Source of the DNA: a virus
Taxonomy: Duplodnaviria; Caudoviricetes
DNA: 64,000 bases
Virus record (IMG/VR): IMGVR_UViG_3300046786_000128
Span: 12,368-76,367 of that record
Direction: 5' to 3' (one strand)
Part shown: positions 1-12,600 of the stretch, one piece after another
How the letters are laid out: every line of letters starts with the position of its first letter
Numbering within the stretch: the first letter of the stretch is position 1
Notes under the pieces: model-generated
What the model saw: only the letters and a program-made list of their open reading frames with translations
Database searches by the model: none
What the model was told of the DNA's origin: nothing
Position numbers and translations under genes: made by a program

Positions 1-1
1 C

Positions 2-238
2 TTTGGCACAGTTATTTGGGATCTACTATTTGAACCCTTTACAGAAGAAGTAAAAAAATTAATTACAGACGACGTTGAAGCAATTATTAACTACGACCCA
101 CGTATTGCAATCAACGCAGTATCTATCGATAGCACTGACATGGGTATTAGAATACAAGCAGATATAACGTATTTGCCTTTTAATATCAATGAAAGAATGA
201 TGTTTGACTTCGATAAAGAAAATAACATCATTAAGTGA
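2..238 (+). CDS. gp25: Baseplate wedge protein gp25-like, 5'-truncated
   Basis: Manual translation of frame 2 gives FGTVIWDLLFEPFTEEVKKLITDDVEAIINYDPRIAINAV...; the FG..IWDLLFEP and YDPR motifs are typical of gp25/GPW. It lies directly upstream of the gp6-like gene. Confidence 0.85.
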   Translation, partial: FGTVIWDLLFEPFTEEVKKLITDDVEAIINYDPRIAINAVSIDSTDMGIRIQADITYLPFNINERMMFDFDKENNIIK

Positions 239-255
239 GTGGTTAATTTTCTTGG

Positions 256-262
256 GTAAATA
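256..262 (+). promoter_or_regulatory. T4-like late promoter (GTAAATA)
   Basis: RTAAATA in a short intergenic gap before a structural gene; the same motif recurs before other late genes. T4 late consensus is TATAAATA. Confidence 0.55.
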
Positions 263-279
263 CAAGATAGGATTGAAAA

Positions 280-3200
280 ATGACAACTAGTTCCAGACAA
301 AATAACTTAATTTTAAACGAAGATTGGACAAGAATCTATCAGACATTTAAAAATGCTGACTTCAAAAGCTACGACTTTGAGAATCTTCGTAGAGTTATCA
401 TTTCCTATTTCCGTGAAAATTACCCAGAAGATTTTAACGATTATATCGAGTCTAGCGAATATCTAGCGTTGATTGACGCCATTGCTTTCCTTGGACAAAG
501 TCTTGCTTTCCGTATCGATCTAGCCAGCCGTGAAAACTTCATCGAACTAGCAGAGCGTAAAGAAAGCGTATTGCGTTTAGCACGTATGTTGAGCTATAAC
601 GCCAAGCGAAATATTGCTTCGAAAGGACTATTAAAATTTGATACTGTAACTACTACAGAAAGCGTACTAGATAGTAACGGTAAAAATCTTTCTCAACAGA
701 CTATTGTTTGGAACGACCCAACCAATCAAAACTGGGCAGAACAATTTACAACAGTTCTAAATGCTGCTATGGCAGATAACACAGAATTTGGACGTAGTCA
801 AGGATCTGCAACAATTGAAGGCATTCAAACAGAACAATATAGATTTAGAACAGCATCCACTGATGTTCCAATTTTTACGTTTAGTAAAGTTGTTGCAGGG
901 CGACAAATGACATTTGAACTTGTAAGCACTAGCTTCAAGGGCAAAGAAGAAATCTACGAAGAAGCTCCTACACCAGGAAATCAAATTGGTTTTGTTTATA
1001 AAAATGACGGCCGTGGTGGTACAAGTGCTAACACTGGTTTCTTCCTAATGTTCAAACAAGGAAGTTTAGAACTTGCTGATTTTTCAATCGCAATTCCTAC
1101 TACCAACGAAACAATTGCCATTGATAGTAACAACATCAATAATGACGATGTTTGGTTATTTGCTTTAAGTTCTGCAGGAGTTCAATTAAACGAGTGGACA
1201 CAAGTTTCTAGTTTAACAGGCAGTAACATTGCATATAACAGCATTAGTTCAAATGTAAGAAACATTTATTCTGTAATTACAAAAGAAAGTGATAGAGTCG
1301 ATTTAGCATTTGCTGACGGAGTCTACGGCAATTTACCACAAGGTGCTTTCCGTGTCTATTACAGAATCAGCAATGGATTAGTTTATCAAATCGCACCAAA
1401 CGAGATGCGAGGAATTAACATTGCTATTCCATACGTTAACAAACAAGGTGTAAGTCATACTCTTAATATTACAATGAGTTTGAAATATACTGTAAGCAGT
1501 TCAGCAGCATCTGAAAGTCTAGCGTCGATTAGGACAAATGCTCCTGCTCAGTATTATACACAAAACAGAATGATTACCGGTGAAGATTATAATCTAGCAC
1601 CGTTAACTACATCTCAAGACATTTTAAAAATCAATGCCATTAACAGAACATCAAGCGGCATTAGCAGAAATTTTGAAATTATTGACGCCACTGGAAAGTA
1701 CAGTAGTGTTAATGTTTTTGCAGACGATGGATTGATGTACAAAGAAGAAACAGAACGCTCTATTGCTTTTAAGTACGCTAACAGAATTGAGATTTTAAAT
1801 TTTATTAGAAACACCGTTGAACCTATTATTAACGACACAGATGTTTACAACTATTATCTTACTAAGTTTGATAAGATTAATTTTACGGATCAAAATACAC
1901 TTTGGAAACAAGTTACATCAGATGTAAATCTATGTACTGGTTATTTTAATAGCGCCATCGACAGCAACTTAATTCTTAAAGTGGGTACCTACACCACCAG
2001 CACCTTAAAATATGTTGCTCCTGGAGCTTTAATCAAGTTTGTACCTCCAGCTGGACAGAGCTTTAGACGCGGAAAACTAGTTACAACAGATGCAACTGAT
2101 CCAGAACAAAGAGATAGACTATGGACTCGTATTATAAAAGTTACAGGCGATGGTACCAATGCAGGCAAAGGTGTTCTAACATCTGGGCTAGGTGCTGTTC
2201 AATTTAGTGATATTATTCCAACAGGAGCAATTGCAACTAGAATTGTTCCAACGTTTTCTACAAATCTTCCTGTAGCACTAGAAACAGAAATGACTAATCA
2301 AATGTTTAGTAATCTAAACTTTGGATTAAGATATAGTGCTATTGATTCTTCATGGAAATTAATTACAAGTGCAAACTTAAATTTATTGAGCAATTTTAGT
2401 TTAGGTAAATCGGGAGATGTATCAAACAGCAGTTTAGATGCTTCTTGGTTATTTGCTTTTGTTAAGGAAGCTGACGAGTATGTTGTTCGTATTAGAGGAT
2501 TAGATTACATCTTTGGCAGCATTGAACAAAATCGTTTCTATTTTGATTCTAAAGCTAAAACTTATGACAGTAAAACAGGTAAGGTAGTTAAGGACCATAT
2601 TAAGATTCTAGGAGTTAACCCAGACAGTAATTTGCTTACTCCGTTAAAACAAGATATTAAATTTGAAATCAGTGATACTATTAGATTCGATGACGGATAT
2701 CAAAGTGTTGACAAAATTAAAATTGCCTTTAGCGATTCAGATGATGACGGAGTAGTTGATAATCCAGAAGCCTTTGAGCAAATTGTTGGTCTAGATTTAG
2801 ATCTAAATTATCTGTTTTTCCAAGAAGTTAATGATGACTTAGGAAACAAAATTAAACAATATATCGATAATACCGACGATCATATTGCAATTGTACAGAA
2901 AGAAAGTCTTGTTAATGTTAACGATTATGCAGACGGTGATTTAATCTATTTTTACAATAGCGATGAAGATCAGGTTAAAAAAGTTAATAGAACAACTAAT
3001 ACATTAGAATTGCAGAGCGATTACACTGCTAACGTTGGCCGTGCAGGATTAAAATTCCAGTATGTTCATAACGCTAACGTTGATCGTAGAATTGATCCTA
3101 GTGCAAGTAACATCATGGATGTTTACATTTTAACAAGAAGTTATGATACTAGTTTTAGAAATTTCTTAGCAGGCGCTACAACTAAAGAGCCAGACGCTCC

Positions 3201-3687
3201 TAATAGCGATAGTTTAAGAATTAGCTTTGGTACAAAGTTAGGACAAATTAAAGCAGTTAGTGATGAAATTATCTATCACCCAGTGCAATATAAAGTATTA
3301 TTCGGACCAACAGCAGATGCTAAGTTGCAGGCTAAATTTAAAATTGTTAAGAATCCAAACAAGTTAATTAATGATAATGATTTGAAAGTTAGAGTAATTA
3401 ATGCAATCAACGAATTCTTCGATGTAAACAATTGGGATTTTGGAGATAGGTTCTATGTTAGTGAACTAATTACCTATGTCATCAATACAGTTGCCCCGGA
3501 CATATCAAACATGGTATTAGTTCCGAGACAACCAACACAGAGCTTTGGTAGCTTATTTGAGATCCAGAGCAATGTAGACGAAATATTTGTCAGCGGTGCA
3601 AGAGTAGACGATATTGAAATAGTGACTGCAATTTCTGCTACAGAAATTAGAGCAGTAAGCAGCACAATAATTACAAGTACAAATTAA
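280..3687 (+). CDS. gp6: Baseplate wedge subunit (T4 gp6-like), 1135 aa
   Basis: N-terminal DFKSYDFENLR...DFNDYIESS...LARMLSYN and the SIRTNAP..YYTQNRMITGEDY segment are typical of gp6; follows gp25. Confidence 0.85.
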   Translation: MTTSSRQNNLILNEDWTRIYQTFKNADFKSYDFENLRRVIISYFRENYPEDFNDYIESSEYLALIDAIAFLGQSLAFRIDLASRENFIELAERKESVLRLARMLSYNAKRNIASKGLLKFDTVTTTESVLDSNGKNLSQQTIVWNDPTNQNWAEQFTTVLNAAMADNTEFGRSQGSATIEGIQTEQYRFRTASTDVPIFTFSKVVAGRQMTFELVSTSFKGKEEIYEEAPTPGNQIGFVYKNDGRGGTSANTGFFLMFKQGSLELADFSIAIPTTNETIAIDSNNINNDDVWLFALSSAGVQLNEWTQVSSLTGSNIAYNSISSNVRNIYSVITKESDRVDLAFADGVYGNLPQGAFRVYYRISNGLVYQIAPNEMRGINIAIPYVNKQGVSHTLNITMSLKYTVSSSAASESLASIRTNAPAQYYTQNRMITGEDYNLAPLTTSQDILKINAINRTSSGISRNFEIIDATGKYSSVNVFADDGLMYKEETERSIAFKYANRIEILNFIRNTVEPIINDTDVYNYYLTKFDKINFTDQNTLWKQVTSDVNLCTGYFNSAIDSNLILKVGTYTTSTLKYVAPGALIKFVPPAGQSFRRGKLVTTDATDPEQRDRLWTRIIKVTGDGTNAGKGVLTSGLGAVQFSDIIPTGAIATRIVPTFSTNLPVALETEMTNQMFSNLNFGLRYSAIDSSWKLITSANLNLLSNFSLGKSGDVSNSSLDASWLFAFVKEADEYVVRIRGLDYIFGSIEQNRFYFDSKAKTYDSKTGKVVKDHIKILGVNPDSNLLTPLKQDIKFEISDTIRFDDGYQSVDKIKIAFSDSDDDGVVDNPEAFEQIVGLDLDLNYLFFQEVNDDLGNKIKQYIDNTDDHIAIVQKESLVNVNDYADGDLIYFYNSDEDQVKKVNRTTNTLELQSDYTANVGRAGLKFQYVHNANVDRRIDPSASNIMDVYILTRSYDTSFRNFLAGATTKEPDAPNSDSLRISFGTKLGQIKAVSDEIIYHPVQYKVLFGPTADAKLQAKFKIVKNPNKLINDNDLKVRVINAINEFFDVNNWDFGDRFYVSELITYVINTVAPDISNMVLVPRQPTQSFGSLFEIQSNVDEIFVSGARVDDIEIVTAISATEIRAVSSTIITSTN

Positions 3688-3688
3688 T

Positions 3689-6600
3689 ATGGCACAAGAA
3701 ATCTTTCCAGATAGTCAACTACCGATCAGAAGAACAGTAGACTTATTACCTCAGGTTTTTCAAACTGAGGCAAATAATAAGTTTATGTCGGCAGTAGTTG
3801 ATCCTTTAGTACAGCCAGGTGTTCTACAAAAAACTGTAGGATACGTTGGGCGCCGCTACGGAAAAACATATAATGCTAATGATGTATATCTTGATACTGA
3901 CGAAACATTAAGAAGCCGTTATCAATTAGAACCGGGTGTTGTTATCAAGCAAGACGAAAAAGTTACAAACTTTTACGATTATCTTGATTTTAAAAATCAA
4001 ATTAAATTCTTTGGAAACAAAGAAGAAGTTGATGCAGTTATTACAGCACAAGAACACTATACCTGGAATCCTCCAATTGATTGGGATAAGTTTGTTAACT
4101 ATCGCGAGTACTACTGGGTACCGGATGGTCCACCGCCTGTTAAAATTCTAGGCCAGGCACAAAATATTATTAGTACATATCGTGTAACACTGGGTGTTGG
4201 CAGTGTGTTTATTTTCACCCCTGATGGATTAACAAATAATCCTACATTGACATTGTACAGAGGACAAACTTATAAGTTCAATATCAATGCACCAGACAAC
4301 GGCCTAACAATTAAAACAGCTATTGACACAGGATCTTTATTATACAATCCGTTGCTGTCTTATTCAAAAGGACAGATTGTTGTATTTGATGAAAAACTAT
4401 GGAAAGCTAAAGATAATATTCCTGCAGGTGATGGCAGTACTATAGATGCTGATACACAAGATTGGGAATTTATCGATGATGCTCAATTCACAACTTCTTT
4501 AGATTACACTAAAGGAATCACCAACAACGGAGCAGAAACAGGTGTAATCACATTTGAAGTTCCGTTCGATGCACCCGATGTTTTATTCTATCAGAGTGCA
4601 ACTGATCCTAATCGCTTTGGTAGATTCTTAATTTCTAACATTGAATCAAATACAAAAATTAATGTAGAAAAAGAAATCATCGGTAAGACAACATATACTA
4701 GCAGCAATGGTGTTGAGCTAACCAACGGCATGATTATCTATTTTATAGGTTTAGTAAGTCCTGCAAAATATGCTGATGACGGTATAAAATGGTTAGTTGA
4801 AGGTGTTGGTTCAAAAATTACATTAACAAGATTTACAGACTTAATTGTTTCTGAAAATTTAAATGCAAATGCCCCTGAGGTATTATTTGATAACGGTGGT
4901 TTCGACAGCCAGCCTTACGATGATGCAAGTGCATATCCGTCGTCAAAAGACTATATTACAATTAACAAATCTAGTATTGATTCAAATCCGTGGAGTCGTT
5001 ACAATCGTTGGTTCCACAGAGCAACGCTAGATTATTCTCACTCATTTAATAATTCAAATTTTGAAGCCGCTGAGACACTGAGAGCAAAGCGTCCTATTAT
5101 TGAATTTAAACCTAATCTGCAATTGTTCAATCACGGTTCGATTGCAAAACAGGTAGTTGATTATGTTGACGATTTCACAACTGATGTATTTTCTGTTATC
5201 GAAGGTAGCAAAGGATACATTGTTGATGGTGAAGCATTATTTGATGGTGCAAGAGTTCTAGTTACTGCCGACACTGATTCGTTAGCCAACAATCAAATTT
5301 ACGTAGTAAAATTTATTAAACATAATAATGTTACACAAATTAATCTGCAGAAAGCATCGGATGGCGAATCGTTACTTGGCGAAGGAGTTTTAGTTCGTCG
5401 AGGTAATAACAACAAAGGTTTGATGTACCATTACAATGGTACAAACTGGATTAAAAGTCAATTAAAAACAAAAATTAATCAAGCACCGTTGTTTGATATT
5501 TTTGATGAAAATTTAGTCAGTTTATCTGATGCTGAAACCTACCCTGTAAGTTCTTTTGTAGGAACAGAAATCGTAAGTTATAAAATTGGCAATAGTGTTG
5601 TTGATAAAGAATTAGGATTTAGCGTATCTTATCTAAACATTAATAATGTTGGAGATATACAATTTGAATTTGATCTTGATACTGATACATTTACATATAA
5701 TGTAGGACAGGATGTCTTTACTAAAAACATCTTAACAGGATTTTATAAATTTAACGGAATTGAATCTTACGATAACGGATGGAAAGTAATTGATAAAAAC
5801 TTTACACAGCCAATTATTGATTCTGTTCCTGTAACTACAGCGACTAATGTAATCACGTCAACTGCGGTAGATTGGAAATCAGTCTCTGATAGTCAAATTA
5901 GAAAAATTGTATTTTATGTTAACGGAGTTATTACAAGAAAGACTTGGACACGTTCAGTTGATACATTTACATTTAGCAGCAATTTTGCAGCCGGTGATGT
6001 AGTAACTATTAAGTTATTTGCAGATTTAGATCCTAACACAGGATACTATGAAATTCCTTTAGGTCTAGAAAAGAATCCTTTAAACGATACTATCAAGACA
6101 TTTACTCTAGGACAAGCCGCTGATCACATTTTAACAGGTATTGAACTAGTTGATAATTTCTCTGGAATATATCCTGGTTCAAGTAATCTAAGAAATATTT
6201 CAGGTTACGAAAATAAAACAAAGCGTTTCTTGAAGCACAGTAATGTAGCACCGATTGCTACAGTATTATTATGCGATAAAGAAATTAATATTGTAAAATC
6301 AATTCAATATGCTAAAAAATCTTATACAGATTTTAAGAATACATTTATTGACATTGCTTATAACTTGTATTTCGATCAAGAAAACATCGACTACGTTGAT
6401 ACTATCTTAGAAGAAATTAGTAAAACACAAAATACATCAAGACCATTTTCTGGATCAGATATGATCGGCAGTGGTGCATATTCTGAATTAGTTTATACTG
6501 TAGAAGACGAAGGCATTAAAACTTTTGCCCTATCACAAAAATTTGATTTAGAAACATTGAGCTCTAGAGCTGTATATGTTTATTATAATAATGAACAATT

Positions 6601-9600
6601 ATTAAATGGTACTGATTACGAGTTTAATTCTAACTTTGGTTTTGTTAGATTGAAAATTTCGTTAGCGGAAGGCGATGTTATTCGTATTAGAGAATATGTT
6701 TCAACATCTACAAACTTTATTCCTCCTACACCTACAAAATTAGGATTGTATAGAAAATATACACCTATGAAATTTTTAGATACTACCTATACTGTACCTA
6801 AAGAAGTTATTCAAGGACACGATGGTAGCATCACTGTTGCTTATGGAGATTTTAGAGATGACGTATTGCTTGAGCTAGAGAAACGTATCTACAATAACAT
6901 CAAGCAACAATACAACGAATCTATTTTTAACAATGATAATATTCTTGGCGGATATTACGGAAATTCAGAATTTGGAAAAGCAGAATTAGATGCAATCGTA
7001 ACTCCTGAATTCTTAAAATGGATTGCTGACACAAATTTAGATTATGTAAACAACATTTACTTTGACAGTGAAAATAGTTTTACATTTACATATTCAAACA
7101 TGGTGGACCCAACTGGGAATAAAAATCTGCCAGGTTACTGGAGAGGTGTTTATAAGTGGTTCTATGATACAGATCGTCCACACATTTGTCCTTGGGAAAT
7201 GTTAGGCTTTAGTGAAAAGCCAACATGGTGGGAAGCAGAGTACGGTCCGTTGCCTTACACAAGTAATAACTTAATTCTATGGGAAGATTTAAGAGACGGT
7301 ATTATTCGTCAAGGCGAAAGAGCTGGAACCCGAGATAGATATAAGCGTCCATCATTGATGCGACATATTCCAGTAGATGGAGACGGAAATCTAATCAGTC
7401 CATTAGATTCCGGACTTGCTGGTAATTTCACAATGGCTAATAACAAGGGCCCGTTTGTTCTTGGAGATCAAGGACCGGTTGAAGCTGCTTGGAGATCAAG
7501 TAGTGAATGGCCATTTGCTGTTACATTAGCATTATGTCTATTAAAGCCTTTTGAATTCATCACTGACAATTTTAATAAGTCTGAAACTACATTAAACATT
7601 TTAGGGCAGACTATTAATAAACATTCAAAAACATTCTTTAATATTTCTGACCTAGTTTATGAAAATACCGATACAGTTTCTGTATCTGGATTAGTAACCT
7701 ATGTTGTAAATTATTTGAAGAGTAAAACTATTCCTGTTTCTAATTTAGAAAAGAAATTATCAGGAATTGACGTTAATCTTTCAAATCGTTTAGCTGGATT
7801 TGTTGATAAAGAACAACAAAAATATGTGTTAGATAGTAAAAATCCTAAGTCTACAACTAGCAGCATTTTTATTCCTAACGAAAACTATAACATCATCTTT
7901 AACGTAAGTTCTCCGATTTATTCTTTAGCATACAGCGGAGTTATTATTGAGAAGACTAGCCAAGGCTGGAAGATTACAGGCTATGATAGCAAAGACCCAT
8001 ATTTTACATATTACAAACCTGTAATTAGTCAAACTGATCCTTTAATTTCTGTAGGCGGAGTTAGTGAAAACTTCTTAACTTGGACAGCAGAAAAATTCTA
8101 CGGTAACGGAGTTGTTGTAAAATACGGACAGAGTTATTACAGAAGTTTGAAGAGTCATACAAGCACTGATACATTTGATACAACAGTGTGGAAGCAATTA
8201 CCTGCTCTGCCTGTTACAAATGCAATTCAAGCATTTAGAAGAAAAAATTACAACAAACTAAAAACACATAGATTGAACTACGGTACTCTAATGTCGTCAA
8301 TCCAGGAAGTGGTTGACTTTATGTTAGGATACCAGGAGTATCTAATTAGTATTGGTTTTGTATTTGACGGCTATGATACAACTACACAAACGGCATATGA
8401 CTGGTTCACCTCTGTAAAAGAGTTTATGTTCTGGACCAAGCACAACTGGAGTGAAGGTTCGTTATTAACATTGAGTCCTAATTCACAAAAAGTTGACATT
8501 AAGATTGCTTTGGGTGTTGCAGACAGTTTCTTAGATAGTTTTTATGACTATCAAATTTTAAAAGACGACGGGACTCCGTTAGCTCCTGCATACATTGAAG
8601 TTGCAAGAGATTACCAAACCCTATCGTTATCTACCATCAACACAAACAGCGGCATTTATTTTATGAGAGCAAATTTTGTTCTCAAAGAGCATGTTGTTAT
8701 TTTCGATGACAGAACAGTGTTCAACGATGTTATCTACGATAAGCCAACTGGGTATCGTCAAGAACGTATTAAGAGTCGCGGCTTCCGCACAGTTGATTGG
8801 GACGGTGATTACACTAGCCCTGGCTTCTTATTTGATAACGTTAATATTGCTGCATGGCAACCATTTACAGATTACAAACTAGGCGACATTGTTGCCTACA
8901 AGAGCTATTATTGGACAAGTAAGGGTTCTCAATTAGGCACTGAATCATTTGTAGACTCTCAATGGACAAAATTAGATTCTACTCCTACTCAAGGCCTAGT
9001 AGCTAACTTTGATTACAGAATTAATCAATTTGAAGATTACTACGAAGTTGAGTCAGACGGAGTTGGATCAAGTCAACGTGACCTAGCAAGACATGCTATT
9101 GGATATCAACCAAGAGAATACCTGCAAGGATTAGCAGAGGATGAAATCAGTCAATTTAGATTGTATCAAGGTTTCATTAAAGAAAAAGGTTCGTCAAATG
9201 CAATTACTAAGGTATTTGATAAACTAAGTAGAACCACCGATGATGCTGTTACGCTTAACGAGGAATGGGCATTTAAGGTAGGTGAACTTGGCGGAGTTGC
9301 ACAGATAAGAGAAATTGAATTTGAAATTTCTAAAGATTCAATTCAAATTAATCCACAACCTACACTAATTGTTGAATCAAAGAGCAGCATTGTTTCTGAT
9401 CAAAATTTAAGAATTTCGCCTAGCGATTTTACAATTCAACCTACAGTATTCACAACTAAAATAAATGATGTTGCAATATTTGACGGTGCGTCAAGAGCTG
9501 CGGGCTATGTTCACTTAGATGATGTAGATTTTATTGTTAAAACTAGAGATGATATTTTAAACATTAATATTAATACAGTTAATGAAAATGATCACTTCTG

Positions 9601-12600
9601 GGTAACATTTGATTCTGCTGCATGGACAGTTTTAAGATACAACGAAACATTATCTCTTAGAATTGTAAGAGTAATAAAAGACGGCGACAATGTAACGTTA
9701 ACTCTAAACAGAATTCATAATCTTGCTGTGGGTGATATTATTGGTATTACCCTGGTATTGAATTTAACTGGATTCTATAAAATTACTGCGGTTGATAAAA
9801 CAACAGTAACAGTAGTTTCTACAGGAAATGATCCAGCAATTGAAGATAGTACCTCTGCGGTTATCGGTACTTTTACAACAGCTAAGTTTGACACATATCA
9901 AGATCTAGATTATAAGACAACTGCTTTATTGGCAAACGGTTCTAAACTTTGGATTGATTCAAACGAATCAGGAAACTGGGAAGTTGTTGAAAAAATTAGA
10001 CAATATCAAACATATGATTTGGTTGACTATGGTATCACCGCTCCGTTGCATACAGGAACATCGGTTGCATATATTGATAATTTAAAACAAATTGCAACTT
10101 CGTTGCCTGCTTCTAACTATGTAATGATTTACACAGATAGAACAAATGTTAATCAGGCATTAGGATTAAAACAAATTATTCCAGCACCAAACGGTATTGA
10201 AGATACAGTCGACGGTGTATTTGGACAAGTTCTTGCAGTAAGCCCTGATTACAAGTGGTTGGCAGTTTCTACGCCACTAGCAAGCGGAGTTACAAATCCC
10301 TACATGGGCGAATTAACTACTAGAAGTTATCTAGCAGGTGAAATAGTTCTGTATAACGGCAAGTTATGGAAAGCATTGGTTAATACAGTTCCAGCAGACG
10401 GCAGTTCTATTAATTTTAATTCTCAAGATTGGGAACCGGCAACACTAGTTGAAGCAAACACAACAAGCAGAGGTGTTGGTGCAGTTAATCAAGGTATGGT
10501 GTCATTGTACACTTATCAAAACGATCAATGGGAAAACGTTTATAACATTCTAAGCCCAAGGCAAGCGGCAGATGAGCGTTTTGGTAGTGCTGTAACATTT
10601 GGTGTAAGTGGTAACAAATACTACATGGCAGTTTCTGCTATTGGATCTCTATGTGATCCTCAAATAGGATACAGTACAGGAGTAGGCAGAGTATATCTAT
10701 ACTACTACAATGGCACTACCTGGACTCATCACGAGAATCCAAATTATGCAGGAGTTTATGATAGTTCTCCTACAGCAACCTATTCAGCAGGAACAATTGT
10801 TTGGGCTGACGGAAGCCTATGGCAAGCCTTATCAGATACACAGGGTGATGGTAGTACATTAACTGTTGATTCAAACGAATGGTTAAAACTAGATCCTGTT
10901 ACAACTAATAATTCCTTACCAACTAATGTAGCAGTAGACGATGATGGTTCTACACTAGCTATGGGCTTGTTAGATACTACACAACTTGCAGAATTAGTCA
11001 AGCAGGGTGACAGTTTTGGTACTAGCCTTTCTATGTCTAGAGATGGAAGCATCTTAGTTGTAGGAGCTCCTAGCAGTGACGGACAATACCTTGCCAATTA
11101 CAGAGGCGTTTGGAATCCATACCAAGAATATCTCACAGGTGATGTTGTTAAGTATCAAGACAGCTATCATGTCTTAGCAGTTGCTGTATCAAGTAAGAAT
11201 GAAATGCCGGATGACGGAGCGCCTTGGCAAAATACAGGCGATAGCACATTTACTACTACCGGCAAGATTTTTATCTACAATAGAAACAGTAATGGTGTTT
11301 ACAATCTAGTACAGACAATTACTAATCAATCTCTTGAGCTAATTAACGACATTGGATCTTTAGGATCAATTGCATCTGGCGATAATTTTGGAACCTCAAT
11401 AGATATTGATTCATCGGGAACAACATTAGTAGTCAGTAGCCCAACCGCAGACATTTTAAGACAGAATCAGGGAGCTGTGTACGTTTTCAAACGTAGTACT
11501 GGATCATCTGAATTTAGATTAAAACAAAAATTACAGAGTTACGAAAACTACACAAACGAATATTTTGGTACAAGTGTTTCTATTAGTCCAGCTACAGAAC
11601 GAATTGTTATTGGTGCAAAAAATGCTAGTTATAATGTAATAACTACATTTGATTCTGTTGGAACAACTTTCGATAGAAGAAGAACAACATGGTCCTCTCC
11701 AGCAGGTTTTCCTGGACAAGTATATGTCTACGAAAGAAAAGATCAAGGTTATTTCTTAGCAGAAAAATTACAGGCTAATTTTGAAAACTATGAATCGTTT
11801 GGTGCATCAATTGATTGCACAAATTCTGTAGTAGTTGTTGGCTCTCCTAACTACGTAGAAAACGGCGAAGCAAAGGGTAGAGTACGATTATTCAAGAAAA
11901 CATCTAATAAAGATAGTATTAATATTATTAGAAGCCAGCCCGAACAAGTTAATTTAGATGCTATCAAGAATATTGAATTGTATGATAACGAAAACAATAT
12001 TAAGATTGCAGACGTTGATATCATTGATCATTTTAAATTAAAGATTCTAAATGTTGCAGAACAAGACATTAAGTTTAAAACAGTCTATGATCCGGCAATG
12101 TATATTCTAGCCACAGACAACGAAACTGTTGATGAAAATCAAGCATGGTTTGAAGACCATGTAGGTGAAGTTTGGTGGGATTTAAGCACAGTTAAATTTG
12201 TAAATGCTGAGCAAGATGACATTTCTTATAGAGTAGGAAACTGGAGTACTCAGGTACAAGGTTCATCAGTTGATGTTTATGAATGGGTTGAAACACCTTT
12301 ATTGCCATCCGAATGGAGTATACTTGCAGATACAGTAGGCGGATTGGCTGAAGGTATCAGTGGCCAGCCAAAACATGCAGACGATACTGTCTATAACACA
12401 AAAGTATTATACAATCCTAACACTGGTAGAGCAACAAGTACTCTTTATTATTTCTGGGTTAAGAATAAAACAGTTCTTCCTAGCGATAAACGTAGAACAG
12501 TATCTGTTTCTACAATTGCATCTTACATTTCTAATCCAGTTGGAACAGGAATTCCTTTTGTTGCATTAGTTGATGCAGACAAATTAGCATTTTATAATTT

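Noticed and set aside
10200-11900. Eukaryotic integrin-like contamination
   Set aside because: The FG-GAP-like blades are in frame within a phage baseplate ORF of uniform composition.
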